Below are positions 18,453 to 29,204 of a stretch of DNA of 64,000 bases, piece after piece. Positions within the stretch are counted from its first letter, which is position 1; each line of letters starts with the position of its first letter. The stretch lies in NCBI GenBank assembly GCA_963751455.1, contig CAVVUN010000004.1, forward strand, positions 20,946 through 84,945. The letters are read 5' to 3'. The position numbers and the translations under genes were made by a program. The stretch comes from Nitrospirota bacterium (lineage in GTDB: Bacteria > Nitrospirota > UBA9217). The notes below the pieces were generated by a model. That model worked only from the letters and a program-made list of their open reading frames with translations, did not search any database and had not been told where the DNA came from.

Positions 18453-20055
18453 ATGAACAGACAGAAACTGCTTTACAAGCTACTTGTGTTCCTAATAGCG
18501 TCGCTATTTTCTATAGCTGCCGCTCACACAGCCTCCGCCCAGGAATTCACCGCACTATCGCTTGGCGATTACGGCAACGTGTCGGTCATGGAAATGACCG
18601 GCGATTACAGCGCGTATGCGCAAGACGGCAGTGTCAACAGCGCTCCCCGAGAAGCGATTGCCAAAGAATTCTTCAAAACCCACAAAGACGAGTACGATTT
18701 TCTCTTCATCTTCTCCAACTTCGACTACCAGATGCCTGAGGACGGCCAAGCCAAGGCTTTTCATATGGGCGTCAAGAACGACATCCAGGGCTTAGGGTTT
18801 GATGCATTTGATAATACCTCCTTCTTCGGCAGCAGCGGCAAGCTCCAGGGTTTTGTGGATATGGGGAACCTTTCAGGCCTGGTAACCGATCCGCTCGATC
18901 CGAAGTTCGATTACACTCTCTATCTGCTTACTCACGAGATGATGCACCAATGGGGAGCGCACGCCAAGTTCAAAGACCAATCCGGGAACAACAGCAGCAG
19001 TCTCATTGGTAAAGACAATATTCACTGGAGCTATCTCTTTGATTCCGGCGGTTCTGTTCTGTACGGCAACCGCTGGCAGGATAATGGAAACGGAACTTTC
19101 ACTTCCCTTGCGCCTCATTTCCAAATGAAATACTTCAGCCCTATTGACCTGTACCTCATGGGTATGATCGACAAGACCCAGGTCCCTCCAATGCTGCTAA
19201 TCGAAAACTCCTCGGTTGATCCCACAAAACTGCCTGAGGCAGGTGTAACCATCAGCGGCACTGCCCGGACGATTACAATCGAGGACATTATTGCTGCGAT
19301 AGGCGAGCGCAATCCTGACGTCTCTTCATCTCAGAAATCATTCAAAACAGGCTTCATCTTTATTACACAGCCGGGAACGTTCAAGGGCGATGAGATTTAC
19401 GCTATCGAAAACATCCGGAGCGGATGGGTGACAAGGCACTCGGTGCTCACGGACGGCAAGAGCATTGTTGAAGTCGCTTCTACCCCGATCGAGAACATAC
19501 CCGTGAACCCGGGGCCGGTTATCGCCCCTGCTACCCCGCGTACGCTACCTCCAAATATCAATGACGGCGTTCAATGGCTCATGGACAATCAGAAGAGCGA
19601 CGGGAGCTGGGCTGACCTTGAGCAGACTACTGAACGCGATACGGCAGTTGCAACGCTTTCACTCAAGAACTTCACTGCTGCACAGCAGAATTATCAAAAC
19701 GCCATCCAGTGGCTCGGAACTGTTGCCTCCGGCAATATGGATTTTCTGGCCAGGAAAACAGCCGGCCTCATCGGTTCCGGCCGGGACATAAGCCCTCTCG
19801 TGAATGATGTTCTATCCAGACAGAACACGGACGGAGGATGGGGAAGCGACAAGAACTATGCGAGCAATGCAGCGGATACGGCCATAGCGCTCAAGACACT
19901 GGCGACCGCAGGTTTATGCGGATCAGAGCGTTATTGCCAAGGCAATCGCATACTTGAAGTCGAGCCAGAAAGCTGACGGCGGGTGGACCGGTAACGGTGA
20001 AAGCACCATACAAGCGACAGCGCATGTGCTCTGCCAAAAAAGAGAGGGACAATGA
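18453..20055 (+). pseudogene. Truncated paralogue of the 7038-aa exoprotein (HExxH domain + first QW repeats only)
   Basis: Colinear with the first ~530 aa of 30555; extra T at ~19915 then YADQSVIAKAIAYLKSSQKADGGW; homology ends at ~20033. Confidence 0.85.
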
Positions 20056-21290
20056 CCGCATTCGACAGAATCATCCAGAAGGCAACTATCAGGTGGCACC
20101 CTAAGCGGAACGGCCGGTTGACGCCAAATGACGTGACGCCGGGCTCTATGAAAAAAATCTGGATGCTTTGCGATAAAGGCCACGAGTGGGATGCTTTTGT
20201 GTTCAACCTTAGCAGAGGACAGGGGTGTCCCTATTGCGCGGGAAAAAGAGTTGGTGAAGATAACAGTCTCGCAAGACTCAATCCGCAACTGGCTTGCGAG
20301 TGGCACCCGTCAAAGAACGGCCACATAACACCGGAGATGGTAACAGCGGGCTCCGGTAAGAAATCCTGGTGGAAGTGCAGACACGGCCATGAATGGGAAG
20401 CCCTTATCGCAAGCAGGAACAGTGGGGTCGGCTGCCCATACTGCAAAGGCCGGAAGGCGAGCAAGCAGAACTGCTTAAAAACACTGAGGCCCGACCTTGC
20501 CCGCGAATGGCACCTGAAAAAGAACAAGGAGGTCTCGCCCGAAAATGTTACGATGGGCTCTCACGTGAAAGTATGGTGGCGCTGCAATAAAGGCCATGAC
20601 TGGAAGGCGACAGTCCATGCGAGAAGCTGCGGCACAGGCTGTCCCTATTGCGCTGGAAAGAAGGTCGATAAAAGCAATTCGCTCCGAACGCTCAGACCGG
20701 AACTGGCCGGGGAATGGCACCGGACAAAGAATGGAAGGCTCACTCCGGACGACGTGATACCGGGTTCGACGAGAAAGGTCTGGTGGCAATGCCGCCAAGG
20801 CCATGCATGGGAAGCGGTTATCTCCAGCAGAAGCGCAGGCAGGGGGTGTCCTTATTGCGCGTCGAGAAAGGTATGCAAGGACAACTGCCTCCAGACTGTG
20901 AGGCCGGAACTCGCCAGGGAATGGCATCCGACAAAGAACGTGCAGCTCACTCCGCAGGACGTGACACCGGGCTCGGGAAAGAAAGTCTGGTGGCGCTGCC
21001 GCAACGGGCACGAATGGAAAGCCGCTGTCCTTGGAAGGACGAGAAAAACCGGCTGTCCCTATTGCGCGGGACAGAAGCCGACTCTTGAGCACAGTCTTCG
21101 CGTCAAAAATCCCGGACTGGCTGGGCAATGGCATCCGATGAAGAACCTGCGCCTGTCGCCAAAAGATGTTTTCCCGCATTCAAGGCACGAAGTCTGGTGG
21201 AAGTGCCATAAAGGGCATGAATGGCAAAAGCGAATTGTGGACAGGATGCGGGGCTGCGGCTGTCCTATTTGTGCCGTGGAAAAAGAGTGA
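20052..21290 (+). CDS. Zinc-ribbon repeat protein (DUF4379/treble-clef-like), six repeats
   Basis: 6x EWHPxKN..TP..V..GS.KK.WW.C..GH.W....R..G.GCP(Y/I)C, ~69 aa period. Confidence 0.88.
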   Translation: MTAFDRIIQKATIRWHPKRNGRLTPNDVTPGSMKKIWMLCDKGHEWDAFVFNLSRGQGCPYCAGKRVGEDNSLARLNPQLACEWHPSKNGHITPEMVTAGSGKKSWWKCRHGHEWEALIASRNSGVGCPYCKGRKASKQNCLKTLRPDLAREWHLKKNKEVSPENVTMGSHVKVWWRCNKGHDWKATVHARSCGTGCPYCAGKKVDKSNSLRTLRPELAGEWHRTKNGRLTPDDVIPGSTRKVWWQCRQGHAWEAVISSRSAGRGCPYCASRKVCKDNCLQTVRPELAREWHPTKNVQLTPQDVTPGSGKKVWWRCRNGHEWKAAVLGRTRKTGCPYCAGQKPTLEHSLRVKNPGLAGQWHPMKNLRLSPKDVFPHSRHEVWWKCHKGHEWQKRIVDRMRGCGCPICAVEKE

Positions 21291-21355
21291 CGGTGCGATA
21301 AAAAAAGCCGATCAAGGCTAACAAGATAAATAAAAAGATGCAATTCAAAAGGACA

Positions 21356-21928
21356 AGAATTTTAGTTCACAATGCCTGCAAAAATTTCAAATTTTTATCG
21401 CAGCAAAATTGCAAAAAATGCCGAATGAAATCGCAAGAATTGCCGAAGCTGTGCAACTTTATGTTTTACCCTAAAAATACCGGGTCCACAATTTTCATGT
21501 ACTTTAGTCTTTTTTTCGTGTCAAAGACGGTTCAACACGGCCTCAAATTACAATTTGAATTTGCAATTCTATAAGACCTTAGTTATAGTTAAACCCTATT
21601 CATAAAAAAATCAGTATTTAAGTATCGGGGAGGCAGCAGTGGGAAGAAATGCGATCTTTTCGTTTTTCCAATCCGCAAGCACCCTCGGCCGTGCGAGGCC
21701 AAAAGTGGTTTTTTATCTTTTCCTGATCCTGGCTTTTATCATTCTTTTTCCGGTGATGAGCTATGCCGCTGACAATAACCTCGAAAAAGACGTGCAGACC
21801 AGCCTTGAGCAGAGCAGGGCAATTGTCATTATCATCCGGAATAAGATCCAATCCGACTCTTCCATTTCCGCAGAAATCGCACAGCTTAAAAAAGAAGCGG
21901 AGAATATCCGGGTATCTCACATGCTCCT
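21356..21928 (+). repeat. ~570-bp near-identical direct repeat, copy 2
   Basis: Matches 8945-9516 at offset ~12412. Confidence 0.95.
21561..21589 (+). promoter_or_regulatory. Sigma70-type promoter of module 2
   Basis: TTGCAA-17nt-TATAGT, identical to 9149-9177. Confidence 0.65.
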
Positions 21929-24900
21929 CGATGAGCGGTTCAAACTCCGCGAGGAGAAGGTCAAGTCCCTTGGATCGAAGGCAGAGGAACGGCATCAGGC
22001 AATGGCTGAAGGATACCGGAAGGCATTAAAGGAATATCTGAGCATCATCGATGGATTACCATCGATTAGTCAGGAGTCAGTAGTCAGGAGTCAGGAGAAC
22101 GTCGAAAAACTCAAAGCACTTCTTGATAAGCTTGTTCCGAAAAAGAAACGTCCCATCATCGGCAGCCTTCCGTACAAGCACCTGAACTATCCCGCAATCG
22201 AACCGAGCACCGCTCCGGCCATCACTCCCGCATACAAAGGCGGAAACAAAACCGTAAGCCCAGAGGACACGGCAAGCACGAACCTCGTGAACATTTCAAA
22301 AACAGTCGCGGACCTGGCCCAATCACTCAATTGGCAACCGGTCGCCATCTACGAGCATGTAAAGAACGCCATCGAGACCGAGTGGTCCTGGGGCTGCAGG
22401 AAGTCGCCTGAGGAGACCTTGCGTCAAAAAAGCGGAAATTCGTGCGAACAGGCCGCGCTTCTCGCATCATTACTCCGCGCCGCAGGATTCCCGAGCAGGA
22501 TCATTCGAGGGAATATCCAGTTCTTTGCAAGCGACGGAAAGCCCATTGAACGAGTAAAGAATCTTACCGGCATCGACGACCCCTGGAAGATCGCAGAGTT
22601 CTTCCAGAAAGCGGGGATCCCGTACAAACCGATAATCGCGGGCGGCACGATCCAGAATTTTGAAATATCTCACATTTATGTCGAATCTCAGATCCCCTAC
22701 GCCAATTACCGTGGCAATGTGATAGACGAGCACGGGAAAACCTGGCTCGGCCTCGATACGAGCATCAAGGTAAAAAATTATGTCTACAATGATGCAAGAG
22801 ATATTTTCGAGCTGTCAGAAATCAGCGGTCAGCTTTCAGATATCAGAGATGATTATCTTAGCGCAGTTCAGACCCAGACGCCGCTGGAATATTTGCAATT
22901 CCGTATCAACTCAGAACTCACAACTTTAAACTCGCAATTAACGTATAACGACTTTCTCCGGACGAAGAGCCTTACACCAGAGCCTATGAAATTTCTTCCT
23001 GCGAGCCTTCAGTTTAAACTGATCAAGGCAACCGGAGAATATACCGATATACCGGATGAACTCATCCATAGAGTCAGATTCACAGCAAGTAGGCAGAATA
23101 CAGTAGACAGTACACAGGGAGAGGATCTTTTTGACATAACACTGCCCCTCCACAAACTCAGCAATCAGCAAATAGCCATCAGTTATGAACCGGAGACCGT
23201 CGAGGACCAGGAGATCATTAATTCCTATGGAGGGCTGGATAATACGCCCTCGTATTTGGTGCGATTGCGTTTGGTATTGAAGATAGATAACGAACGAATT
23301 GTCGTATCAGCAGACGGGTTGCCGATGGGATCGGATTATAATATCACCATCGAGCTCTACTCGCCCTCGGTAAACGGGGGCGCTGCGTCTGCGGAAACCA
23401 TAAACAACACCTTGATTATCGGCAACCTCTCGGTTATCAGCGTTATTGCCCAAAGAGCTACGAGCCATGAGCTACCAGCTACGAGCCAAGATAAGGACGC
23501 AGAGCGTCTCCTCTATGAGGCCGCAAACCATTACATAGACAGATGGAACCAGGCTGAGGACGAGCTTGCTTCGCTGCTTCATCTCACCATTGCCAGGCCG
23601 CTCCCGACCGTCGTAACCGTGGGCGGCGTCATCGATGTTTCTTATCTTCTCGACATGCCCCATGGGTTCACGTGGAAGGGAGTGTATATTGATGCAGACC
23701 ACCGTTCCATCGAAACGGTGACCAGAAAACAGAGCACAGATGACAGACAAAAGCTGTTCATGAAGCTTGCGTCGCTCCAAGGCTCGGTGCTTGAAAACCG
23801 CATTTTTGAAGACGACTTCCAAGTACAGTCTGTTTCCACGGCGAAACTCATGACCATTGCAAACAGCAGCCAAGTGCCGAGTCTCACTATCGACGCAACA
23901 AACATCGATACGGTATTGCCCACGCTGTCGTTCGATCAGAATGTAAAGGATGATATAACGAACTCAGTCAACCAGAGACTTACAGTGAGGATTCCCTCAC
24001 AAGAACTTTCATACGAAAACTGGGGCGGCATCGGCTGGATCAAAGAAAACACGGAAACCGGCGAATCCGGCTGGATGCTTTCGGGCATGATTGCGGGCGG
24101 GATGACGGCAAAGAAAAAAGAGCAATGGATCAATCAAGACATCGCAAACGAACTCAGTCTGCCGTATACTCCCGGAGTAAATCAGGACCCGAACGCAGTT
24201 GTCAGCCTCGTACGAGTCAATCGGGCAATGGGCGACTATCAGAAAGGAAGGGTAGGCGAACAATTGTACATACCTTTCGAAGTCATGGCCCGGGACAATA
24301 CAGGAAAGGCAGTAAAGGGTGTTCCGGTAACATTTAAAACCATCGCAGGCGGCGGAGTGCTCATGGGCCCCAATCCAGACGGGTCCGGAAATCCCATCAC
24401 CGGGCCGGAAATCACCGTTAAAACGGGTGCGAACGGCATTGCCTGGGCCGTGCTCACCCTCGGGCAGAAAACAACCGATTCTCCGTACTGGATACAAGAT
24501 ACGCCAAATTGGACATTGGCAGGCTTGAACCGCGTCACAGTATCCGCTCAAGCAACAACAGGAACCATCTACATTGACAAGCCCTTCGAAGCGTACGGGA
24601 GACCTGGAAAAGCCGTAAAGATAGACAAGGTAAGCGGGGATCAGCTTTACGGCAGCGTCAATACTTTTTCCGGAACTATATCAGCAATAGTACGGGACCA
24701 ATATGATAACCCGGTTTCGAATCAAACAGTCATTTTCTCAGTCCAGCCGGCGGATTATGGATCATCAACGCCAACCGGAACAGACATAAAAAACGCAGGC
24801 ATATTCGGGAATAGTCAAGATTGCCCCATGCCCGCAATCCGTTCCTGTCCGACTGCAACATCCAATGTAGCCAAGCAAACAGACAGCTCCGGAGCGCTGG

Positions 24901-27900
24901 CTTACGTGATTATGGGGAATACCGACGACACCCTCTACACGGTTCGGGCTAAGACGCGGGTACTCGGCCAAAACGGACAGCTTCAAGATGCCTATGTAGA
25001 TTTCGAGCACTACGTCGCGCCCCGGCCCAGAACAGGCGGAAATATTGCAGATCCGTACCTGAGCGTCATATCAGTTTATTCCGTAGATGAAAAAGGGAGA
25101 GAGATAGACGCCGGGAACCCGGGCCAGGTGTTCCCTGAAAAACTGACGGCCGCTATGTACTTCACGGAAGAACGACCAGCATCGACGGGAACGTGCCAGG
25201 GCAGCAGAATATTCACTACAGAGCCGGTTACCGATGCCACGATGCGCTTCACGCCAAGCCAGGGCGGGGGAAGCGTCAATCCCGCGTCTCTCACGTCAGT
25301 GCAAAACGGTTTCTATTCCACAATTTTAACCCTTGGGCCGCAACCCACTAAAAATACCGTCCAGGCAGACGGAACCGTAACGCGCATAGTGCAGAAGGCG
25401 GACGCATTCGGCAATTGCACGGAAACCACCACAGAGTACAAAGCCTCGACAACGTTCGACATCTGGGGAGTAAAGGCCACACTGGAACCGAACCAGCTCA
25501 TCCTCATAAATGAATCAGGTTATCCCGTCGCCAATACACCGATCAAGTATACCGTCCAGCCGACAGATTACGAGTACGGTAAACAGAACGTGTATCTCAA
25601 TATCTACGAGAACAACGCATGGATGGGGCTGATCCAGGCAGACATAAGCGGCAATATAACGATAAGCCCCGGAGCAGCAAAGTTCGACATCACCAAGACC
25701 TACACGGGTGAGATTGTGGTGAACAGCGGAGGGGATATCCAGATCAAGAGCGGCAAAGTGACACTTCCTGTGACGCAGCTCGATGTGCTTACCGACCAAT
25801 ACCCGGCAATCAATGCCGATGAAATAAAATTTAGTAGGGGCGACAATACCTGGCCCCAGAAAATCTATCGCATAGAGCTGCAAGCATCAACTGCGATCAA
25901 TAACTGCTCAAGCCTTGCCGGTACAATATCCGTCATAGATAAAACCGGTCATCCGATCATATTGCCGAACATCAATGGCCAATCCTATGCTGCCGAATAC
26001 CAATTAAAGGGAACCGCAATATTCAATGGATGCCAGATTCAAATTGTCGATTCCCTTGACGGAGGAAACACAAAAAGTAAGTTTATCATATCGAACCGGT
26101 CAAGGGGAGAACTTCAGCCGGCATTCAGCAGCAATCTGGATGATAAAGCTGTTCTTTACGGCGGACTTGGAAATCAAGTCCTGGTTCAAGTAAACGCAAT
26201 TCAAAAGATTATACCGATTGAACCAGTGGGCGTCATCATTCTCGGGATCGATGGGATGAGGCAGGATATGTTGTATGCTCCGCCAGTGAGCAGTGATGGG
26301 ACAGGTGTAAACGCCTCGTACTTCGATCCGAAGGGCTGTGTTAGCGGAAGTTGTTATGTGCAACCTTCCAACCTTCAAGGGTTGTGCGATGTTCTTGGAG
26401 GGAAAATAAACGGGATATTCTGGACATCCTGTGACACGACAGGATATGAAAACAAACATATCAAATTGCCGAGCGTGACAGCCATCTTTCCCTCGATCAC
26501 CTTTGCCTCCTGGGCCAGTATCTTTACCGGCAAGCTGCCGAATGAAACGGGTATATTGGGAAATGAGTTTTTTGCAAGGGATCTGTACCAAGCATCACCT
26601 GCTGCCAATACTGTCCCCGGCTTACAGGCATTTCCGGCCGGGATGGTGACACTGGATGCTGATGGTGGGGCTTTTTATCCAGGAGGTCCCAAGTTCGCGC
26701 TGAACCATGTTACTCCCGCCGAGTTTTCACTTTTCGGCCTTGGGGGTGGGGCAGACACAGTGAACGAAAAGATACAGCTTTCGGCCCCGAATTCGGCATT
26801 ACAAGTTGCACCATTGTGGGCGGATGTCAACAGCATGGTCGGCAATCAATATACCATCAGCGCCGATGGCAGGTGCGACGAAAACGGATACGAGTGCAGG
26901 ACTGTATCGATGTACAATCAGTACGCGCGGGGTGCCGACTGGTGGGGTACGCCAAGCTTCACATGGAAAGGTGCCTATTTAACGGCATTGTCGCAGGTAG
27001 GACTGCATAGCGAGGCCGCGCTGTTGGACGAATCCTCAGCTGGAGATGCGAAGAGTTTTATAAACGGATACTTTTCGAATTTGAACACAAGCGGAAAACG
27101 CAAGAGATTCCCGGCAGTACTTTCGGTCTATCTCCCGGGGCTTGACCATGATGCTCACGCGGAAGGTATGGGCGGATATACGATCTTCTTCAAGGATAAA
27201 ACAGACAAACAGGTCAAGATAGTCGTCGATGCCTTGAAAGGACAGGATGAATTCGACAACAAGATATTTATCGTCACGGCCGACCATGGACATACGGCAA
27301 TGCCGACTGATTTGAAGTTTACGGCAAAGCTAAAATTCTTTGATCCGGAATTTGGGACCCCATATTTTCAGGTTAAAGAATTTCCAGCAGAAATGTCGTG
27401 CAGCTTAAAGCTTGACTTTGTTGAGCCTGCTGACCCTGAAATGGTGAATCTTACCAAGGAGGCAGAGTTAAATAACAACAACCTCCATATCTGGGAGTTG
27501 GGGAAAATAATGAGGGGTATGCCCACGGGTGAACTTACGCCTGAAGGTAAAAAAATATACTATAAAGTTCTTGCACCTGCTGAAATTGTAGATGCTAACA
27601 CGGGTGAGACAACGACGACCGATCTAAATCAAGCAAGTGTGATTGCTGCCTTAAACGGCCCGATGGCTCATATCTATGTTAAAGGCGCGAACGGCTGGAC
27701 TGCCGGCCCACAACCTGACCTTTTGATAAAAGTTGCTCGGTTACTCAATGCTGCATTTGCAGGGGGAGATGGACCTATTCCTCGCTTAGCCTTGTCGGTC
27801 CAGGCAATTTTAGTCAGACTCACACAAAACAGCGAATATATCGTCTACAACGGCGCTACATATGACGCAGCGGGACAATTAGCGTTGAACAATCCAATTC

Positions 27901-28247
27901 CTATCAGCGCATACTTTTCGGACAGCACAAAATATATAGATGCATTAAACCGTGTTAGAGGAATGAACCATCCAAAGAGAAGTGGAGACATTATTTTGAT
28001 AATGAAAGATGCAACAACGGGGGACACAACCGGCAGATATACGACGGGCGTGGCATGCAAATCATGGCACGGCAGTCTTAATCCGTCAGATTCCTACGTC
28101 CCCTTTATTGTATCCTACCCAGGAGGAAACAGGTTCGAACTTGATCCGATCGTTCAAAAAGTTTGCGCAAATAATGTTTGTGAAGGCAATTGGAAAGCTA
28201 AAGATTTGATCTCTGAAATTATCAAGACCCAATATTCCGGACAGTGA
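21639..28247 (+). CDS. Secreted 2202-aa transglutaminase-like + Big_1 Ig + NPP/phosphodiesterase protein, module 2
   Basis: Signal peptide; GNSCEQAALLASLLRAAGFPSR, HIYVE, WLGLDTS; Ig segments KVSGDQ..DQYDNPVSNQTV; GIDGMRQD, PSIT, LDHDAH, ADHGH, WHGSL. Confidence 0.88.
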   Translation: MGRNAIFSFFQSASTLGRARPKVVFYLFLILAFIILFPVMSYAADNNLEKDVQTSLEQSRAIVIIIRNKIQSDSSISAEIAQLKKEAENIRVSHMLLDERFKLREEKVKSLGSKAEERHQAMAEGYRKALKEYLSIIDGLPSISQESVVRSQENVEKLKALLDKLVPKKKRPIIGSLPYKHLNYPAIEPSTAPAITPAYKGGNKTVSPEDTASTNLVNISKTVADLAQSLNWQPVAIYEHVKNAIETEWSWGCRKSPEETLRQKSGNSCEQAALLASLLRAAGFPSRIIRGNIQFFASDGKPIERVKNLTGIDDPWKIAEFFQKAGIPYKPIIAGGTIQNFEISHIYVESQIPYANYRGNVIDEHGKTWLGLDTSIKVKNYVYNDARDIFELSEISGQLSDIRDDYLSAVQTQTPLEYLQFRINSELTTLNSQLTYNDFLRTKSLTPEPMKFLPASLQFKLIKATGEYTDIPDELIHRVRFTASRQNTVDSTQGEDLFDITLPLHKLSNQQIAISYEPETVEDQEIINSYGGLDNTPSYLVRLRLVLKIDNERIVVSADGLPMGSDYNITIELYSPSVNGGAASAETINNTLIIGNLSVISVIAQRATSHELPATSQDKDAERLLYEAANHYIDRWNQAEDELASLLHLTIARPLPTVVTVGGVIDVSYLLDMPHGFTWKGVYIDADHRSIETVTRKQSTDDRQKLFMKLASLQGSVLENRIFEDDFQVQSVSTAKLMTIANSSQVPSLTIDATNIDTVLPTLSFDQNVKDDITNSVNQRLTVRIPSQELSYENWGGIGWIKENTETGESGWMLSGMIAGGMTAKKKEQWINQDIANELSLPYTPGVNQDPNAVVSLVRVNRAMGDYQKGRVGEQLYIPFEVMARDNTGKAVKGVPVTFKTIAGGGVLMGPNPDGSGNPITGPEITVKTGANGIAWAVLTLGQKTTDSPYWIQDTPNWTLAGLNRVTVSAQATTGTIYIDKPFEAYGRPGKAVKIDKVSGDQLYGSVNTFSGTISAIVRDQYDNPVSNQTVIFSVQPADYGSSTPTGTDIKNAGIFGNSQDCPMPAIRSCPTATSNVAKQTDSSGALAYVIMGNTDDTLYTVRAKTRVLGQNGQLQDAYVDFEHYVAPRPRTGGNIADPYLSVISVYSVDEKGREIDAGNPGQVFPEKLTAAMYFTEERPASTGTCQGSRIFTTEPVTDATMRFTPSQGGGSVNPASLTSVQNGFYSTILTLGPQPTKNTVQADGTVTRIVQKADAFGNCTETTTEYKASTTFDIWGVKATLEPNQLILINESGYPVANTPIKYTVQPTDYEYGKQNVYLNIYENNAWMGLIQADISGNITISPGAAKFDITKTYTGEIVVNSGGDIQIKSGKVTLPVTQLDVLTDQYPAINADEIKFSRGDNTWPQKIYRIELQASTAINNCSSLAGTISVIDKTGHPIILPNINGQSYAAEYQLKGTAIFNGCQIQIVDSLDGGNTKSKFIISNRSRGELQPAFSSNLDDKAVLYGGLGNQVLVQVNAIQKIIPIEPVGVIILGIDGMRQDMLYAPPVSSDGTGVNASYFDPKGCVSGSCYVQPSNLQGLCDVLGGKINGIFWTSCDTTGYENKHIKLPSVTAIFPSITFASWASIFTGKLPNETGILGNEFFARDLYQASPAANTVPGLQAFPAGMVTLDADGGAFYPGGPKFALNHVTPAEFSLFGLGGGADTVNEKIQLSAPNSALQVAPLWADVNSMVGNQYTISADGRCDENGYECRTVSMYNQYARGADWWGTPSFTWKGAYLTALSQVGLHSEAALLDESSAGDAKSFINGYFSNLNTSGKRKRFPAVLSVYLPGLDHDAHAEGMGGYTIFFKDKTDKQVKIVVDALKGQDEFDNKIFIVTADHGHTAMPTDLKFTAKLKFFDPEFGTPYFQVKEFPAEMSCSLKLDFVEPADPEMVNLTKEAELNNNNLHIWELGKIMRGMPTGELTPEGKKIYYKVLAPAEIVDANTGETTTTDLNQASVIAALNGPMAHIYVKGANGWTAGPQPDLLIKVARLLNAAFAGGDGPIPRLALSVQAILVRLTQNSEYIVYNGATYDAAGQLALNNPIPISAYFSDSTKYIDALNRVRGMNHPKRSGDIILIMKDATTGDTTGRYTTGVACKSWHGSLNPSDSYVPFIVSYPGGNRFELDPIVQKVCANNVCEGNWKAKDLISEIIKTQYSGQ

Positions 28248-28260
28248 GAGGAGAAACACT

Positions 28261-29139
28261 ATGGCCAAAAGAATCCTTCTGATCGTTTCAATCCTGCTTG
28301 TTTTACCAGCCTTAATTTATGCTGCCGTAACCGACTATTTGATCCTACAAGACATTAGCCCATATAAATTGTTTACCACTATTTTCCCCGAAGATTTTAA
28401 AGGCCCGTTACCAAAATATTCACAAACAACTACAGGTGGAGTATTGGCTGCTGCCGGTCACTTTTCGGAAAATGATGTAACATATTCAGCTTCGTACACT
28501 GAATCAGGTCGTAAATGGCCTTTTGTCGATGTATCCGTCACCAAGCACTCCGGCTCTGATTCCGACAAGTGGCTGCTGCACGAGGTAGATCGGGATTTCA
28601 GAAATTATTATGGCATACCGGGCATGGCTTATAGTCCAGAAATAGTAGATGGCCAAACCATTTTAGAAGCTACAGTTGGAGGCGCTAACTATCGGTGGTT
28701 AAGCGGCAATAAAGTGATAATGATTGAATATCATGATTCTCAGATGACTAAGCCCGCTCCTATCGAGATCGTTAGGGCCTATTTAGCGAAGCATCCATCG
28801 ACGCTTTCAACGATAACACTCGTTCAGCTCAGGAGCGCAGAGAATACCACAAAATGGATCAAAGACGAAATGGACCGCCGCCTGTGGCTGTGCGACAAGT
28901 GGTTCTACCAGTTGCAGCTCGGCAAGGTACAACAACCAGAGGTGCTTCAACAGGCCGTCAAGAGCATGAACATTTTTCTCGATTACCGCGAGAAGTACCA
29001 CGGAATGAAGGCCGCGGATGAGAAGAATCTTCTTGCCAGCTACGTCAATCAAAACAACGGCACGGGTATAAAGGCCAAGCTCAAGGAGTACAAAGATTGG
29101 TGGGCACTCAACAAGGATAAGGCGATTACGCTGCCATAG
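28261..29139 (+). CDS. Secreted partner protein, paralogue 3
   Basis: RBS GAGGAG, signal peptide, DYLILQD, VTKHSGSDSDKWLLHEV, conserved C-terminal block; middle differs from paralogues 1/2. Confidence 0.87.
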   Translation: MAKRILLIVSILLVLPALIYAAVTDYLILQDISPYKLFTTIFPEDFKGPLPKYSQTTTGGVLAAAGHFSENDVTYSASYTESGRKWPFVDVSVTKHSGSDSDKWLLHEVDRDFRNYYGIPGMAYSPEIVDGQTILEATVGGANYRWLSGNKVIMIEYHDSQMTKPAPIEIVRAYLAKHPSTLSTITLVQLRSAENTTKWIKDEMDRRLWLCDKWFYQLQLGKVQQPEVLQQAVKSMNIFLDYREKYHGMKAADEKNLLASYVNQNNGTGIKAKLKEYKDWWALNKDKAITLP

Positions 29140-29204
29140 GTAGTAAACAGTATGCAGTAAATGGCGGGCAGTAGATGACTGGGCATCGCGAGGTCACAGG
29201 TTGA

